Shown: piece after piece, positions 39,176 to 47,801 of the stretch
Position numbering within the stretch: position 1 is the stretch's first letter
Layout: each line of letters opens with the position of its first letter
Assembly: GCA_038212275.1 (NCBI GenBank)
Contig: JBBQUR010000005.1
Coordinates: forward strand, 160,001 to 224,000
Direction of reading: 5' to 3'
DNA: 64,000 nucleotides
Source of the DNA: Planctomycetota bacterium
GTDB taxonomy: Bacteria > Planctomycetota > B15-G4
The notes under the pieces: generated by a model
Seen by the model: only the letters and a program-made list of their open reading frames with translations
The model's database searches: none
What the model was told of the DNA's origin: nothing
Program-made: the position numbers and the translations under genes

Positions 39176-41524
39176 TCAGTTGGCCTTCGACTTCGGCGCG
39201 AGCAGGACCTCGCGTCCCACGAGGTACAGGGCCAGCATGATGGCGACGAAGGGGAGGCAGGACAGCAGGTCCGCGTTCGGACCCTCGACGAAGGGATTGC
39301 TCTTCGAGATCGCCTCGAGCTTGTCGTTGAACTCCTGCATGAAGGGCACGCCGGCCATGAAGGCGATGAGAATGCCGGCGATCGCGCCGCCCGCGATGTA
39401 GCCGGAGGCCATGAGCACGCCGGGGCTCTTGTCGCCCTCGGCGACGAGCTGGTCCTCGGTCATGTCCTTGCCGCGGTGCTTCTTGCGGATGTATTTGTCG
39501 ACGAGCCAGCGGATCATGCCGCCCAGGAAGATGGGGCTGGACGAGGAGAGCGGCAGGTACACGCCGACGGCGAAGGCCAGCGACGAGATGCCCGACATCT
39601 CCAGCGTGAGCGCGATCATCACGCCCAGCAGCACGAGGCCCCACGGGAGCTGCCGGTTCAGGATGCCCTTGATGATGTAGGACATCAGGGTGGCCTTCGG
39701 CGCGTCGAACTTCGTGACCTTGTGCAGGCCGTCCGCGGTGTAGTGATGCGTGCCGTTGATGCCCGGGTCCACGAGGAACTGCGGGGTGCCCGAGTCGTCC
39801 ACGAGATACTTCACGGCCGTCGCGCCGTTCGACTCCACGTCCTGGTGGACGAGGTAGTCGCGGCCCTCGTAGCTCTCGCGGGTCGTCATCGAGGCGACGT
39901 CGAAGTGCAGGTCGGCGGGCCAGTTCTCGACGGAGGTCAGCGTCTCGGTGCCGTTGACGGTCACGGGCTCCTGGCTGATGCGGGGGACGAACACGGTGGC
40001 GGACGTGTTGAGCGTGAGCAGGATGGGCCCGAGCACGAGCGCGGAGGCCAGGGCGCCGAGGAGGATCGCGATCTGCTGGGCGCCCGGCGTCGCGCCGACG
40101 AGGAAGCCCGTCTTCAGGTCCTGCGAGGTCGTGCCGCCGTTGCTGGACGCGATGCACACGATGGCGCCGATCGAGAGCGCGGTGACGTAGTAGGCGGAGC
40201 CCGTCCAGCCGATGGCGAGGAAGGCCAGGCAGGTGACGAGCAGCGTCGCGACCGTCATCCCCGAGATGGGGTTGGAGGACGAACCGATCTCGCCGGTCAG
40301 CCGCGAGGACACTGTGACGAACAGGAAGCCCAGCACCACGATGAGGATCGAGGCGACGATGCGCGCCATCGCGCCCGTGCCGCCGACGTAGAGCGGGTCG
40401 GCCACCGCGATCACGGCGACCAGCGCGAAGCACCCGGCGAGCACGACCTTCATCGAGAGGTCGCGGTCCGTGCGGAGCTGGCCGACGCGTGCCGCCGCGC
40501 CGCCACGGAAATCCTTGAGGCCCTCGCGCAGTCCGTGCCAGATCGTCGGCATGGAGCGCAGCAGGCTGATGATGCCGCCCGCGGCCACCGCGCCGGCGCC
40601 GATGTACAGGATGTAGGCCGAGCGGATCTGGCCCGGCGACATGTCCTTGATGAGGCGCGTCGTCTCGGGCGCGAGCGGCGCGAGCAGGCCCTCGCCGAAG
40701 AACTTGATGGCCGGGATGAGCACCAGGTAGGCGAGCACGCCGCCGGCGCACATGATCGACGCGATGCGCGGCCCGATGATGTAACCCACGCCGAGCAGCT
40801 CCGGCGAGATCTCCGCCGACACCGAACCGGCCGCGAAGGGCTTTCCGAAGATCTTCTCCGGCGTGTCCTTCCAGCCGCGGAAGGCGACATTCAGCGCCTT
40901 GTAGACCAGGCCGATGCCGAAGCCCGCGAAGATCGTCTTGGCGCTGGTGGCCTGGCCGCCAAGCTTGGCGATCTCGGCCCTGGCGGACGCGGAGGCTGCG
41001 GCGACGGACTCCTCGGACGCGCCCGCCTTCAGCACCTCGGCGCAGGCGGTGCCTTCCGGGTACTTGAGAATGCCGTGCTGCTGCACGATGAGCGCGCGAC
41101 GCAGCGGAATCATCATGAGGATGCCGAGCAGGCCGCCGAGCACCCCGACGAGCAGGACGCGCGTCACCTCGAGGTCGAAGCCCAGGATCATGATGGCCGG
41201 CATCGTGACGCCGATGCCGAAGGCGATGGACTCGCCGGCCGAGCCGGCCGTCTGCACGATGTTGTTCTCGAGGATCGTGGCGTCCTTGAAGCCGAACTTC
41301 GAGAACAGCCGGAACAGCGTGATCGAGATGACGGCCACCGGGATGGAGGCGCTCACGGTCAGGCCGACCTTCAGCACGAGGTAGAGCGAGGACGCTCCGA
41401 AGACCATGCCGAGCAGCGTGCCGACGACCAGCGGCATGAGCGTCAGCTCGCGCATGTTGGTCGTCGCGGGGATGTAGGAGTCGAACCCCTTGTCGCGCGT
41501 CACGGGAGGCTGCGATCCGGTCAT
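39176..41524 (-). CDS. OPT family oligopeptide transporter
   Basis: YLVLKVGLTVSASIP, ENNIVQT, YPEGTACAEVL, SNPISG, SQDLKTGFLVGATP and APKATLM motifs. Confidence 0.95.
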   Translation of the reverse strand: MTGSQPPVTRDKGFDSYIPATTNMRELTLMPLVVGTLLGMVFGASSLYLVLKVGLTVSASIPVAVISITLFRLFSKFGFKDATILENNIVQTAGSAGESIAFGIGVTMPAIMILGFDLEVTRVLLVGVLGGLLGILMMIPLRRALIVQQHGILKYPEGTACAEVLKAGASEESVAAASASARAEIAKLGGQATSAKTIFAGFGIGLVYKALNVAFRGWKDTPEKIFGKPFAAGSVSAEISPELLGVGYIIGPRIASIMCAGGVLAYLVLIPAIKFFGEGLLAPLAPETTRLIKDMSPGQIRSAYILYIGAGAVAAGGIISLLRSMPTIWHGLREGLKDFRGGAAARVGQLRTDRDLSMKVVLAGCFALVAVIAVADPLYVGGTGAMARIVASILIVVLGFLFVTVSSRLTGEIGSSSNPISGMTVATLLVTCLAFLAIGWTGSAYYVTALSIGAIVCIASSNGGTTSQDLKTGFLVGATPGAQQIAILLGALASALVLGPILLTLNTSATVFVPRISQEPVTVNGTETLTSVENWPADLHFDVASMTTRESYEGRDYLVHQDVESNGATAVKYLVDDSGTPQFLVDPGINGTHHYTADGLHKVTKFDAPKATLMSYIIKGILNRQLPWGLVLLGVMIALTLEMSGISSLAFAVGVYLPLSSSSPIFLGGMIRWLVDKYIRKKHRGKDMTEDQLVAEGDKSPGVLMASGYIAGGAIAGILIAFMAGVPFMQEFNDKLEAISKSNPFVEGPNADLLSCLPFVAIMLALYLVGREVLLAPKSKAN

Positions 41525-41822
41525 CTGGGAACCTCCGCTGAGGGGCCGTTCCGTCTGTGGGAGGCCTCGCTGCCCGAGGCCGCCTCACGACCGGAAGCTG
41601 CGTGACTCATGGGGCAGGACGGTATCCGCGGCCAAGGGTCGCCACAACCTCGAAGCTGTCGACGGCCGCCCGACGGCGGGCCGGGGGGCTCACTTCGTCG
41701 TGTGCCGGCCCGCCTCCCGGCGCCTTCGGCCGGGCGGCTGCAGCCGGCGTTCGGGCTCGCGGTGCAACAGGCGGCGGATTCGACGATACAGGTCCGCTCC
41801 TACCCTTCCACGGAGAGAAACC

Positions 41823-42365
41823 ATGCGCATGACCACACCCCTCATCACGCTCGCGCTCGGCGGCCTGCTCGTCGGCGCCACGCTGCTTGCCCAGGACGCC
41901 GGTATGGAGATGCCACATCCCACCGCGGAGCACGCGATGCTCAAGGAGCGCGTCGGCACCTGGGATGCGGCCTTCAAGATGCAGATGGGTCCCGGACAGG
42001 AAGCCCAGGACAAGGGCACGATGACCTACTCGATGCTCGGCGACTTCTGGCTCGTCGGCGACTACGCGGGCCACTTCATGGGCAGCCCCTTCAGCGGCCA
42101 CGAAATGACGACCTTCGATCCGGCCACCAAGCAGCTCGTGACTTACTGGTTCGACTCCATGAGCCCGGCCGCCACGGTGTCGAAGGGCAGCTGGGATGCC
42201 GCGACGAAGACGGCGACTCAGGTGTCGGTCGAGGTCGACCCGATGTCGGGCGTGAAGAACACCCTCAGGACCGTGCTCTCCGACGCGAACACCATGAAGT
42301 TCTCGTCCACGCCGGAAGGCGCGCCTGCACCGATGATGGAGATCACGTACACGCGCAGGAAGTGA
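41823..42365 (+). CDS. DUF1579 family secreted protein
   Basis: Signal peptide; PTAEHAML...VGTWD, FSGHEMTTFD, WFDSM and MMEITYTR motifs; GGAGAG SD. Confidence 0.82.
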   Translation: MRMTTPLITLALGGLLVGATLLAQDAGMEMPHPTAEHAMLKERVGTWDAAFKMQMGPGQEAQDKGTMTYSMLGDFWLVGDYAGHFMGSPFSGHEMTTFDPATKQLVTYWFDSMSPAATVSKGSWDAATKTATQVSVEVDPMSGVKNTLRTVLSDANTMKFSSTPEGAPAPMMEITYTRRK

Positions 42366-42370
42366 GGGCA

Positions 42371-42430
42371 TCGCGCGACCAGCTCGCGCGACCAGCTCGG
42401 ACGATCACGTCGGACGATCACGTCGCGCGA
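42371..42430. repeat. two adjacent 13-bp duplications bounded by palindromic TCGCGCGA
   Basis: tcgcgcgaccagc x2, tcggacgatcacg x2, tcgcgcga; lies between convergent genes. Confidence 0.8.
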
Positions 42431-42441
42431 TCGGCGCGCCG

Positions 42442-43965
42442 TCAGACGCCGTATCGCGCGAGGTAGCCGTCCAGGTCGAACTTGCGGGCCGTGTTCGCGC
42501 TGCTCATCCAGCGCACCGTGCCGAAGGCGGTGCGCTCCGGCGCCCAGGGGCGGTCGTAGCGGCCGAAGCACCAGAAGATGCCGCTGCAGCTGTTGGGGTC
42601 GCGGCCGTCCAGTGCCCAGCGATTGTTCAGCTCGAGCAACCACTGCGCCGCCTGCCGCGGCGACTTCGTCCACTCGATGACCTTCTTGCCCCAGAGCATG
42701 CGCAGGTAGTTGTGGATGCGACCCTCGGTCAGCAACTGCCGCTGCGCCGCGTTCCACAGCGGATCGTGCGTTGCGGCCGCGGTGAATTGCTCCAGCGTGT
42801 AGACGCGTTCACGCTGGTCGGTGGCGTGCTTGTCCAGCGTGGCGCGGGCCCAGTCCGGCAGGCTCTCGTAGGTGTCGAAGTCGGGCCGCTGCCAGGCCAT
42901 GTTGAAACCCAGTTCGCGCCACGTGACCAGCTCGTCGATGAAGGCCTCTGCATCGGGTGACAGGCCCCAGAAGCCCTCGCGCTTGCCGTCCGTGCGCGGC
43001 CCGAGCTTCGTGATCGACCAGCTCTCGTGTCGCGCCAGCGCCGCGAAGACCGCGTGCACCGAGACGTGCCCGAAGTGCAACCACGGCGAGAGTCCGCTGG
43101 CGACGTCCGCGTCCGGCTCGCTGCGTTCCGCCGCGTAGCGCGACAGCTTGCGCGCCAGGAAGTCCTTCACGGCCGCGCCGGCGGCGGCGCTACCGCCGCG
43201 CGTCGCGACAACGCCCACCGAGTGGTCGATGGGCAGCGCCGCCAGATCGGCTGCCGCCGCCGCGCGCCCCTCGGGCGTGCCGCGATCGCTCTCGTCGTGC
43301 AGCAGCGTGAAGGACGCGGCGGGCCAGCGTTCGCGCAGCGACAGCGAGAGGTCGTCGAGGCCGAAGTCGGGGAGCTGCACGCCGGCGAGCGGCTCGGGCA
43401 GCGGCATGGCGCGCAGATGGATGGGCAGCGTCTTCTGCAGCACGCGGCGGAAGGCGTAGGCCGTGGGTGACACCGTGGTCGCGGCACGCAGCGGCAGCAG
43501 GCCGTTGCCGTCCACGGTTTCCAGGCGCACGTCGAGCCGCGCCGCGGCGGCCGCCACCATGCGCGGGAGGAAGAAGCACGGATACTCGTCCGTGACGACG
43601 ACGCAGGCGCGCGCGGCGAGCGCTTCCAGCAGGCCCTTGCCCGCGCCGCGCGCCGGTTCCACGTACGGCAGATAGGTCACGGGCAGCTTCGCGAAGCGCC
43701 AGCCGTTCTCGGCCATGCCGTCGAGCACGAAGCGATGCAGCCGGTCGCTGGCCCAGCGGTAGTCGCAGCGCAGGGGCTCGAACACCAGCAGCGGGCGATC
43801 CAGCCGCCGCGCCCACTCCACCGCGCGCTGCAGCCCGAAGTTCCAGGTGGTGCGCCGCGCCGCGATCATCCAGTACAGGACGTAGTCGCGGTCTTCGCGC
43901 ACGGGACGGTCGTGCGGAGTCCCCAGGCGGATCGCGGGGACGGTCGGAGCGGTCAGCGCGCGCAT
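42442..43965 (-). CDS. phr: deoxyribodipyrimidine photolyase (class II CPD-like)
   Basis: YVLYWM, SGLSPWLHFGH, THDPLWNAAQ, IHNYLRMLWGKK, LDGRDPN and DRPW motifs; start supported by TATGCT 7 nt upstream. Confidence 0.9.
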   Translation of the reverse strand: MRALTAPTVPAIRLGTPHDRPVREDRDYVLYWMIAARRTTWNFGLQRAVEWARRLDRPLLVFEPLRCDYRWASDRLHRFVLDGMAENGWRFAKLPVTYLPYVEPARGAGKGLLEALAARACVVVTDEYPCFFLPRMVAAAAARLDVRLETVDGNGLLPLRAATTVSPTAYAFRRVLQKTLPIHLRAMPLPEPLAGVQLPDFGLDDLSLSLRERWPAASFTLLHDESDRGTPEGRAAAAADLAALPIDHSVGVVATRGGSAAAGAAVKDFLARKLSRYAAERSEPDADVASGLSPWLHFGHVSVHAVFAALARHESWSITKLGPRTDGKREGFWGLSPDAEAFIDELVTWRELGFNMAWQRPDFDTYESLPDWARATLDKHATDQRERVYTLEQFTAAATHDPLWNAAQRQLLTEGRIHNYLRMLWGKKVIEWTKSPRQAAQWLLELNNRWALDGRDPNSCSGIFWCFGRYDRPWAPERTAFGTVRWMSSANTARKFDLDGYLARYGV

Positions 43966-43972
43966 CGCGGCG

Positions 43973-43978
43973 AGCATA
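43973..43978 (-). promoter_or_regulatory. putative -10 box TATGCT, 7 nt before the photolyase ATG
   Basis: cgcTATGCTcgccgcgATG on the minus strand. Confidence 0.5.
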
Positions 43979-44014
43979 GCGCGGCGCTGCGGACGCGTGC
44001 TATCGAGGGGCGCC

Positions 44015-44521
44015 ATGTTCGCTCCGCCACGCTTCCGCCTGCTGCGCGAACAGGTCATCCGGCGACCGCTGCCCGAGGTCTTCGCCTTCTTCGCGGACGC
44101 GGCCAATCTGCAGGCCATCACGCCGGAATTCCTGGACTTCCGCATCGTGACGCCGCTGCCCATCGCGATGCGCGAAGGCGAACTCATCGACTACCGGCTG
44201 CGATTGTGCGGCGTGCCTTTCAGCTGGCGCACCCGCATCGAAACCTGGGAGCCGGGCGCGCACTTCACGGACAGGCAGGTCCGCGGTCCCTATGTGCTGT
44301 GGCATCATCAGCACGAGTTCCACGAGACGGACGGGGGCACGCGCATGATCGACACGGTGGACTACCAGCTGCCGTTCGGGCCGCTCGGGCATGCGACGCA
44401 TGCCGTGTTCGTGCGTGCGGCGCTGGCGCGCATCTTCGACCACCGGGCCCGGCGCATCGAAGAGCTGCTTGCGCCGGCGGATCACCTGCCACGTCCGGCT
44501 CGTGCAGCGGGAGCCCCGTGA
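44015..44521 (+). CDS. SRPBCC family protein
   Basis: VFAFFADAANLQAITP, FTDRQVRGPY..WHHQHEF and RIFDHR motifs. Confidence 0.88.
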   Translation: MFAPPRFRLLREQVIRRPLPEVFAFFADAANLQAITPEFLDFRIVTPLPIAMREGELIDYRLRLCGVPFSWRTRIETWEPGAHFTDRQVRGPYVLWHHQHEFHETDGGTRMIDTVDYQLPFGPLGHATHAVFVRAALARIFDHRARRIEELLAPADHLPRPARAAGAP

Positions 44522-46035
44522 CGGCGCCGCGTCCGCTCGTGCTGGTCACCGGCTCCACCGGGTACGTCGGCGGGAGGCTCGTGCCGCGCTTGCTCGAACG
44601 CGGCTTCGCCGTGCGCGTGCTCGTGCGCGACCCGGCTCGCCTCGACGCCGGCCGCTGGCCGGGTGTGCAGGTCGTGTGCGGCGACGTGCTCGATCCCGCG
44701 ACCCTGGGCCGCGCGTTCGTCGGCTGCCGGCAGGCCTTCTATCTCATCCACGCGATGGCCGCCGGCGAGGAGGGCTTCGCCGAGCGCGATCGCCGCGCTG
44801 CGCAATCCTTCGGTGCTGCTGCGGCGGCCGCCGGCGTCTCGCGCCTCATCTATCTCGGCGGGCTCGGGGATCCGGACTCCGCGCTGTCACCGCACCTTGC
44901 CAGCCGCCAGCAGACGGGCGCAGCGCTGGCGGAGGCGGGTGTGCCGGTGCTCGAACTGCGCGCGGCTGTCATCGTGGGCTCGGGCAGCATCTCGTTCGAG
45001 ATGGTGCGTTACCTCGTGGAGCGCGTGCCGGTGCTCATCGCTCCGCGCTGGACGGCCACGCGCTGCCAGCCGATCGCCATCAGGGACGTGCTGCACTACC
45101 TGATCGCGGCCGCGGAGTTGCCCGACGCGGACGTCGGCAACGGCCGCATCGTGGAGATCGGCGGCGCCGACGTGCTGACCTACGGCGAGATGCTGCTGCG
45201 CTGTGCGCGTGCGCGCGGCCTGCGCCGCTGGCTGATTCACGTGCCGGTGCTCACGCCCCGGCTCTCGTCGCTGTGGGTGGACCTGGTCACGCCCATTCCC
45301 GCGGCGCTTGCACGTCCGCTCATCGAGGGGCTTCGCACCGAGGTCGTCGTGCGCGGCAACGACGCACGCACACTGTTTCCCGGGATCGATCCGGTGGACT
45401 ACGACGAGGCCGTGCGCCGGGCCCTGCAACGCCAGGGCGCCGGCGGGCTGGAGACGGTGTGGTCCGGCAGCCGCAGCTCGGCCTTCGATCGCTCACCGGC
45501 TCCGGTGGAGACGGCGCAGCGCGAAGGGCTCATCATCGAGAGGCGCGAAGTGCGCGTGGCGGCCGACGCGGAGCGCGTCTTCAAGGTCTTCACGGGACTT
45601 GGCGGCGATCGCGGCTGGCTCTGCGCCGACGCGCTGTGGAATCTGCGCGGCATCATCGACCGGCTCGTGGGCGGGCCGGGCATGCGGCGCGGGCGGCGCG
45701 ACCCCGACGAGCTGCGCGCCGGCGATGCCTGCGATTTCTGGCGCGTGCTGTCCGTGGAGCGCGGCAGGCACGTGCGCCTCGGCGCGGAGATGAAGCTGCC
45801 CGGCCGCGCGTGGCTCGAGTTCTCCGTGGAGCCCGTGGAATCCGTGGAGCCGACGGACCACGACTCGTCGGGAGGCGGCGCCGCCCCGGCCTCCCGCCTG
45901 CGCACGACGGCCATCTTCGAGCCGCGCGGCCTGCCGGGCCTGCTCTACTGGTACGGCCTGCTGCCGTTCCACAAGCTCATCTTCTCCGGCATGGTGGCCG
46001 CGATCGCGCGCCTCGCCGAGGCCCCCGGACCTTAG
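44518..46035 (+). CDS. NAD(P)-binding SDR-like oxidoreductase with DUF2867 domain (YbjT-like)
   Basis: TGSTGYVGGRL, IYLGGL, SPHLASR, GSGSISFEM, CQPIAIRDVL, AEMKLPGRAWLEF and PRGLPGLLYWY motifs. Confidence 0.9.
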   Translation: MTAPRPLVLVTGSTGYVGGRLVPRLLERGFAVRVLVRDPARLDAGRWPGVQVVCGDVLDPATLGRAFVGCRQAFYLIHAMAAGEEGFAERDRRAAQSFGAAAAAAGVSRLIYLGGLGDPDSALSPHLASRQQTGAALAEAGVPVLELRAAVIVGSGSISFEMVRYLVERVPVLIAPRWTATRCQPIAIRDVLHYLIAAAELPDADVGNGRIVEIGGADVLTYGEMLLRCARARGLRRWLIHVPVLTPRLSSLWVDLVTPIPAALARPLIEGLRTEVVVRGNDARTLFPGIDPVDYDEAVRRALQRQGAGGLETVWSGSRSSAFDRSPAPVETAQREGLIIERREVRVAADAERVFKVFTGLGGDRGWLCADALWNLRGIIDRLVGGPGMRRGRRDPDELRAGDACDFWRVLSVERGRHVRLGAEMKLPGRAWLEFSVEPVESVEPTDHDSSGGGAAPASRLRTTAIFEPRGLPGLLYWYGLLPFHKLIFSGMVAAIARLAEAPGP

Positions 46036-46099
46036 TCCGGCAAGCGCGGCGTTAGTCCGGCAAGCGCGGCGTCGATCCGGCAGGCGCGGCGTCGGTCCG
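46032..46099. repeat. 20-bp tandem repeat TTAGTCCGGCAAGCGCGGCG x2 plus a diverged third copy and a partial fourth
   Basis: Read directly; the first unit contains the stop codon of the YbjT-like gene. Confidence 0.88.
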
Positions 46100-46106
46100 A
46101 TAAATG

Positions 46107-46534
46107 GAGGGCGTGAGGTGATCAGTCCATCGATCCGGCGAGGGATCGGGTCATCGCGATCGAGAATGTGGCCGCCGCACCGAAGACTGGGGAACCACCA
46201 CTGGATGTCCTGAGTGTCTGGCGACCGAGGGACCTGCAATGACCTTGTCTGGAGGTGACCTGTCTGGAGGCAGGTCGGAGCCGAACGATGTCCAGATCAC
46301 ACTCACGCCCTCTCTGTGCAAGACGCGCTGATGCCGAGGATGTAACCGTGCTGTGAGGGGAACAGCACGGCGCCCAGAAACCTGTGCAGTCATGCGAGGT
46401 TGCGCGGCGCGCGGCAGGAATTGTTTCGCGCGCAACGGACGTGGGCGGCAGACATCGAGTCTGGAACATGCGGCGCGGAAGACCCGGTGCGCGACATGTG
46501 AAAGGCGTCACGCATCGCGCGATACATCAGAGAG
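46107..46534 (-). ncRNA. putative structured non-coding RNA (206-nt rod plus multi-hairpin domain), family unassigned
   Basis: Nested inverted repeats 46107-46139/46280-46312, 46149-46161/46231-46244, 46170-46176/46220-46226 and 46178-46187/46207-46216, plus further hairpins to 46534. Five C-A mismatches on plus become G-U pairs on minus. No convincing ORF. Confidence 0.55.
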
Positions 46535-46558
46535 TTTCAGTGGATCGCGCGGTCCTGC

Positions 46559-47656
46559 TCAGCGCACGCGGCGACGACGATTGCGCACGTAGTCCACCAG
46601 CACGAAGGGCTGCAGCCGATCCGGCGCGGAGAAGTAGGCGCGGCCCTTGTTGGTGGCGGTGAAGCGCTCCACGAACTCCACCAGCGCCGGGTCGCTGGTG
46701 AGCATGAAGGTGGTGATGGGGATGCCCTGGCGCCGGCACGCGGCGGCTTCGTCGAGGGTCTTGTTGACCACGCGCTCATCAAGTCCGAAGGAGTTCTTGT
46801 AGATCAGGCCGCCTTCTTCCGTGAGCGCCGACGGCTTGCCGTCCGTGAGCATGAAGATCTGGCGATTGCCCTGCTTCTTGCGGCGCAGGATCTGCCGCGC
46901 GAGCTGCAGCCCGGCGCGCGTGTTGGTGTGGAATGGACCGACGCCGATGTATGGAAGCTCGTCGAGCGGCACCTCCCAGGCCTCGTCGCCGAAGAGCACG
47001 ACGTGCAGGTCGTCCTTCGGGTAGCGCGTGGTGATGAGCTCCGCGAGCGCCAGCGCCACCTGCTTGGCCGGCGTGATGCGGTCCTCGCCGTAGAGAATCA
47101 TGCTGTGGCTCACGTCGACCATGAGCACCGTCGCGCAGGACGAGAGCTGCTCGGTCTCGTGCACGCGCAGGTCGCGCTCCTCGATGGAGAGTTCGTCGGG
47201 GCCGGTGCGGCGCAGCGCCTCGGTCAGCGTGCCCGCGTTGTCGAGCAGGCCCAGCGCGTCGCCGAACTCCCAGGGCCGAGTCTCGGGCAGGCGCTCGGTG
47301 CCGGTGCCGGTGGCCGTGCTGCGATGATCGCCGGCCTGCCCGCCGGGGAGCCCCGCGAAGACCGCATCCAGCGAGGAGGTGCGCAGCAGCCGCTCGCCGC
47401 TGGGGGCCAGGCGCACCATGCCGGAGCGGTCCTCCGCGATGAGTTTCTCGCCGAGCAGTTGCTTGCGGACGTCCTCCAGCGTGAGGTCCGCGTCAAAGAG
47501 GTTGTGGCGCCGGCCGAGCTGCCCCAACCACTCCATGGCCTGCTCCGCGTCGCCGTTCGTGCGCAGCAGCAGCTCGAGGAACAGCCGCCGCAGCATGTCC
47601 ATGCGCTGCTCGCGCCGGCGGGCCTGCGGGTCGAAGCGTGAGTAGCGGACGTCCAT
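46559..47656 (-). CDS. VWA domain-containing protein (partner type of MoxR/chelatase-like AAA+ ATPases)
   Basis: MIDAS DVSHS, HTNT and MLTDGKPS motifs; TAGGAT box 11 nt before ATG. Confidence 0.9.
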   Translation of the reverse strand: MDVRYSRFDPQARRREQRMDMLRRLFLELLLRTNGDAEQAMEWLGQLGRRHNLFDADLTLEDVRKQLLGEKLIAEDRSGMVRLAPSGERLLRTSSLDAVFAGLPGGQAGDHRSTATGTGTERLPETRPWEFGDALGLLDNAGTLTEALRRTGPDELSIEERDLRVHETEQLSSCATVLMVDVSHSMILYGEDRITPAKQVALALAELITTRYPKDDLHVVLFGDEAWEVPLDELPYIGVGPFHTNTRAGLQLARQILRRKKQGNRQIFMLTDGKPSALTEEGGLIYKNSFGLDERVVNKTLDEAAACRRQGIPITTFMLTSDPALVEFVERFTATNKGRAYFSAPDRLQPFVLVDYVRNRRRRVR

Positions 47657-47801
47657 CGGTGCGACCCATCCTAGCGCGGCCGATCGGTTCCGCCGGAGGG
47701 CAGGCACGCGCGTCGGCGTTTCCGGATCCTCTTCATGGGCGGGCCCGATGCCTGCCGTCGCGACTCCGCCCGCGCCGCCGCCGTCCCATGGAGTGCCGCC
47801 C

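Noticed and set aside
37748..41605. 1285-aa plus-strand ORF
   Set aside because: Off-frame of the YyaL-like gene and antisense to the OPT transporter; Arg/Ala-rich with no motifs.
46122..46511. Short ORFs in the structured gap (129 aa, 94 aa, 79 aa and a 22-aa peptide from ATG 46288)
   Set aside because: Codon usage is unlike the real genes, there are no recognisable motifs, and none is a hydrophobic toxin-like peptide.
46100..46540. RNase P RNA, tmRNA, SRP RNA or group II intron
   Set aside because: No GAGGAAAGUCC or matching RNase P 3' motif, no tRNA-like ends, no recognisable SRP loop, no domain V after the GAGCCG at 46278, and no reverse transcriptase nearby.
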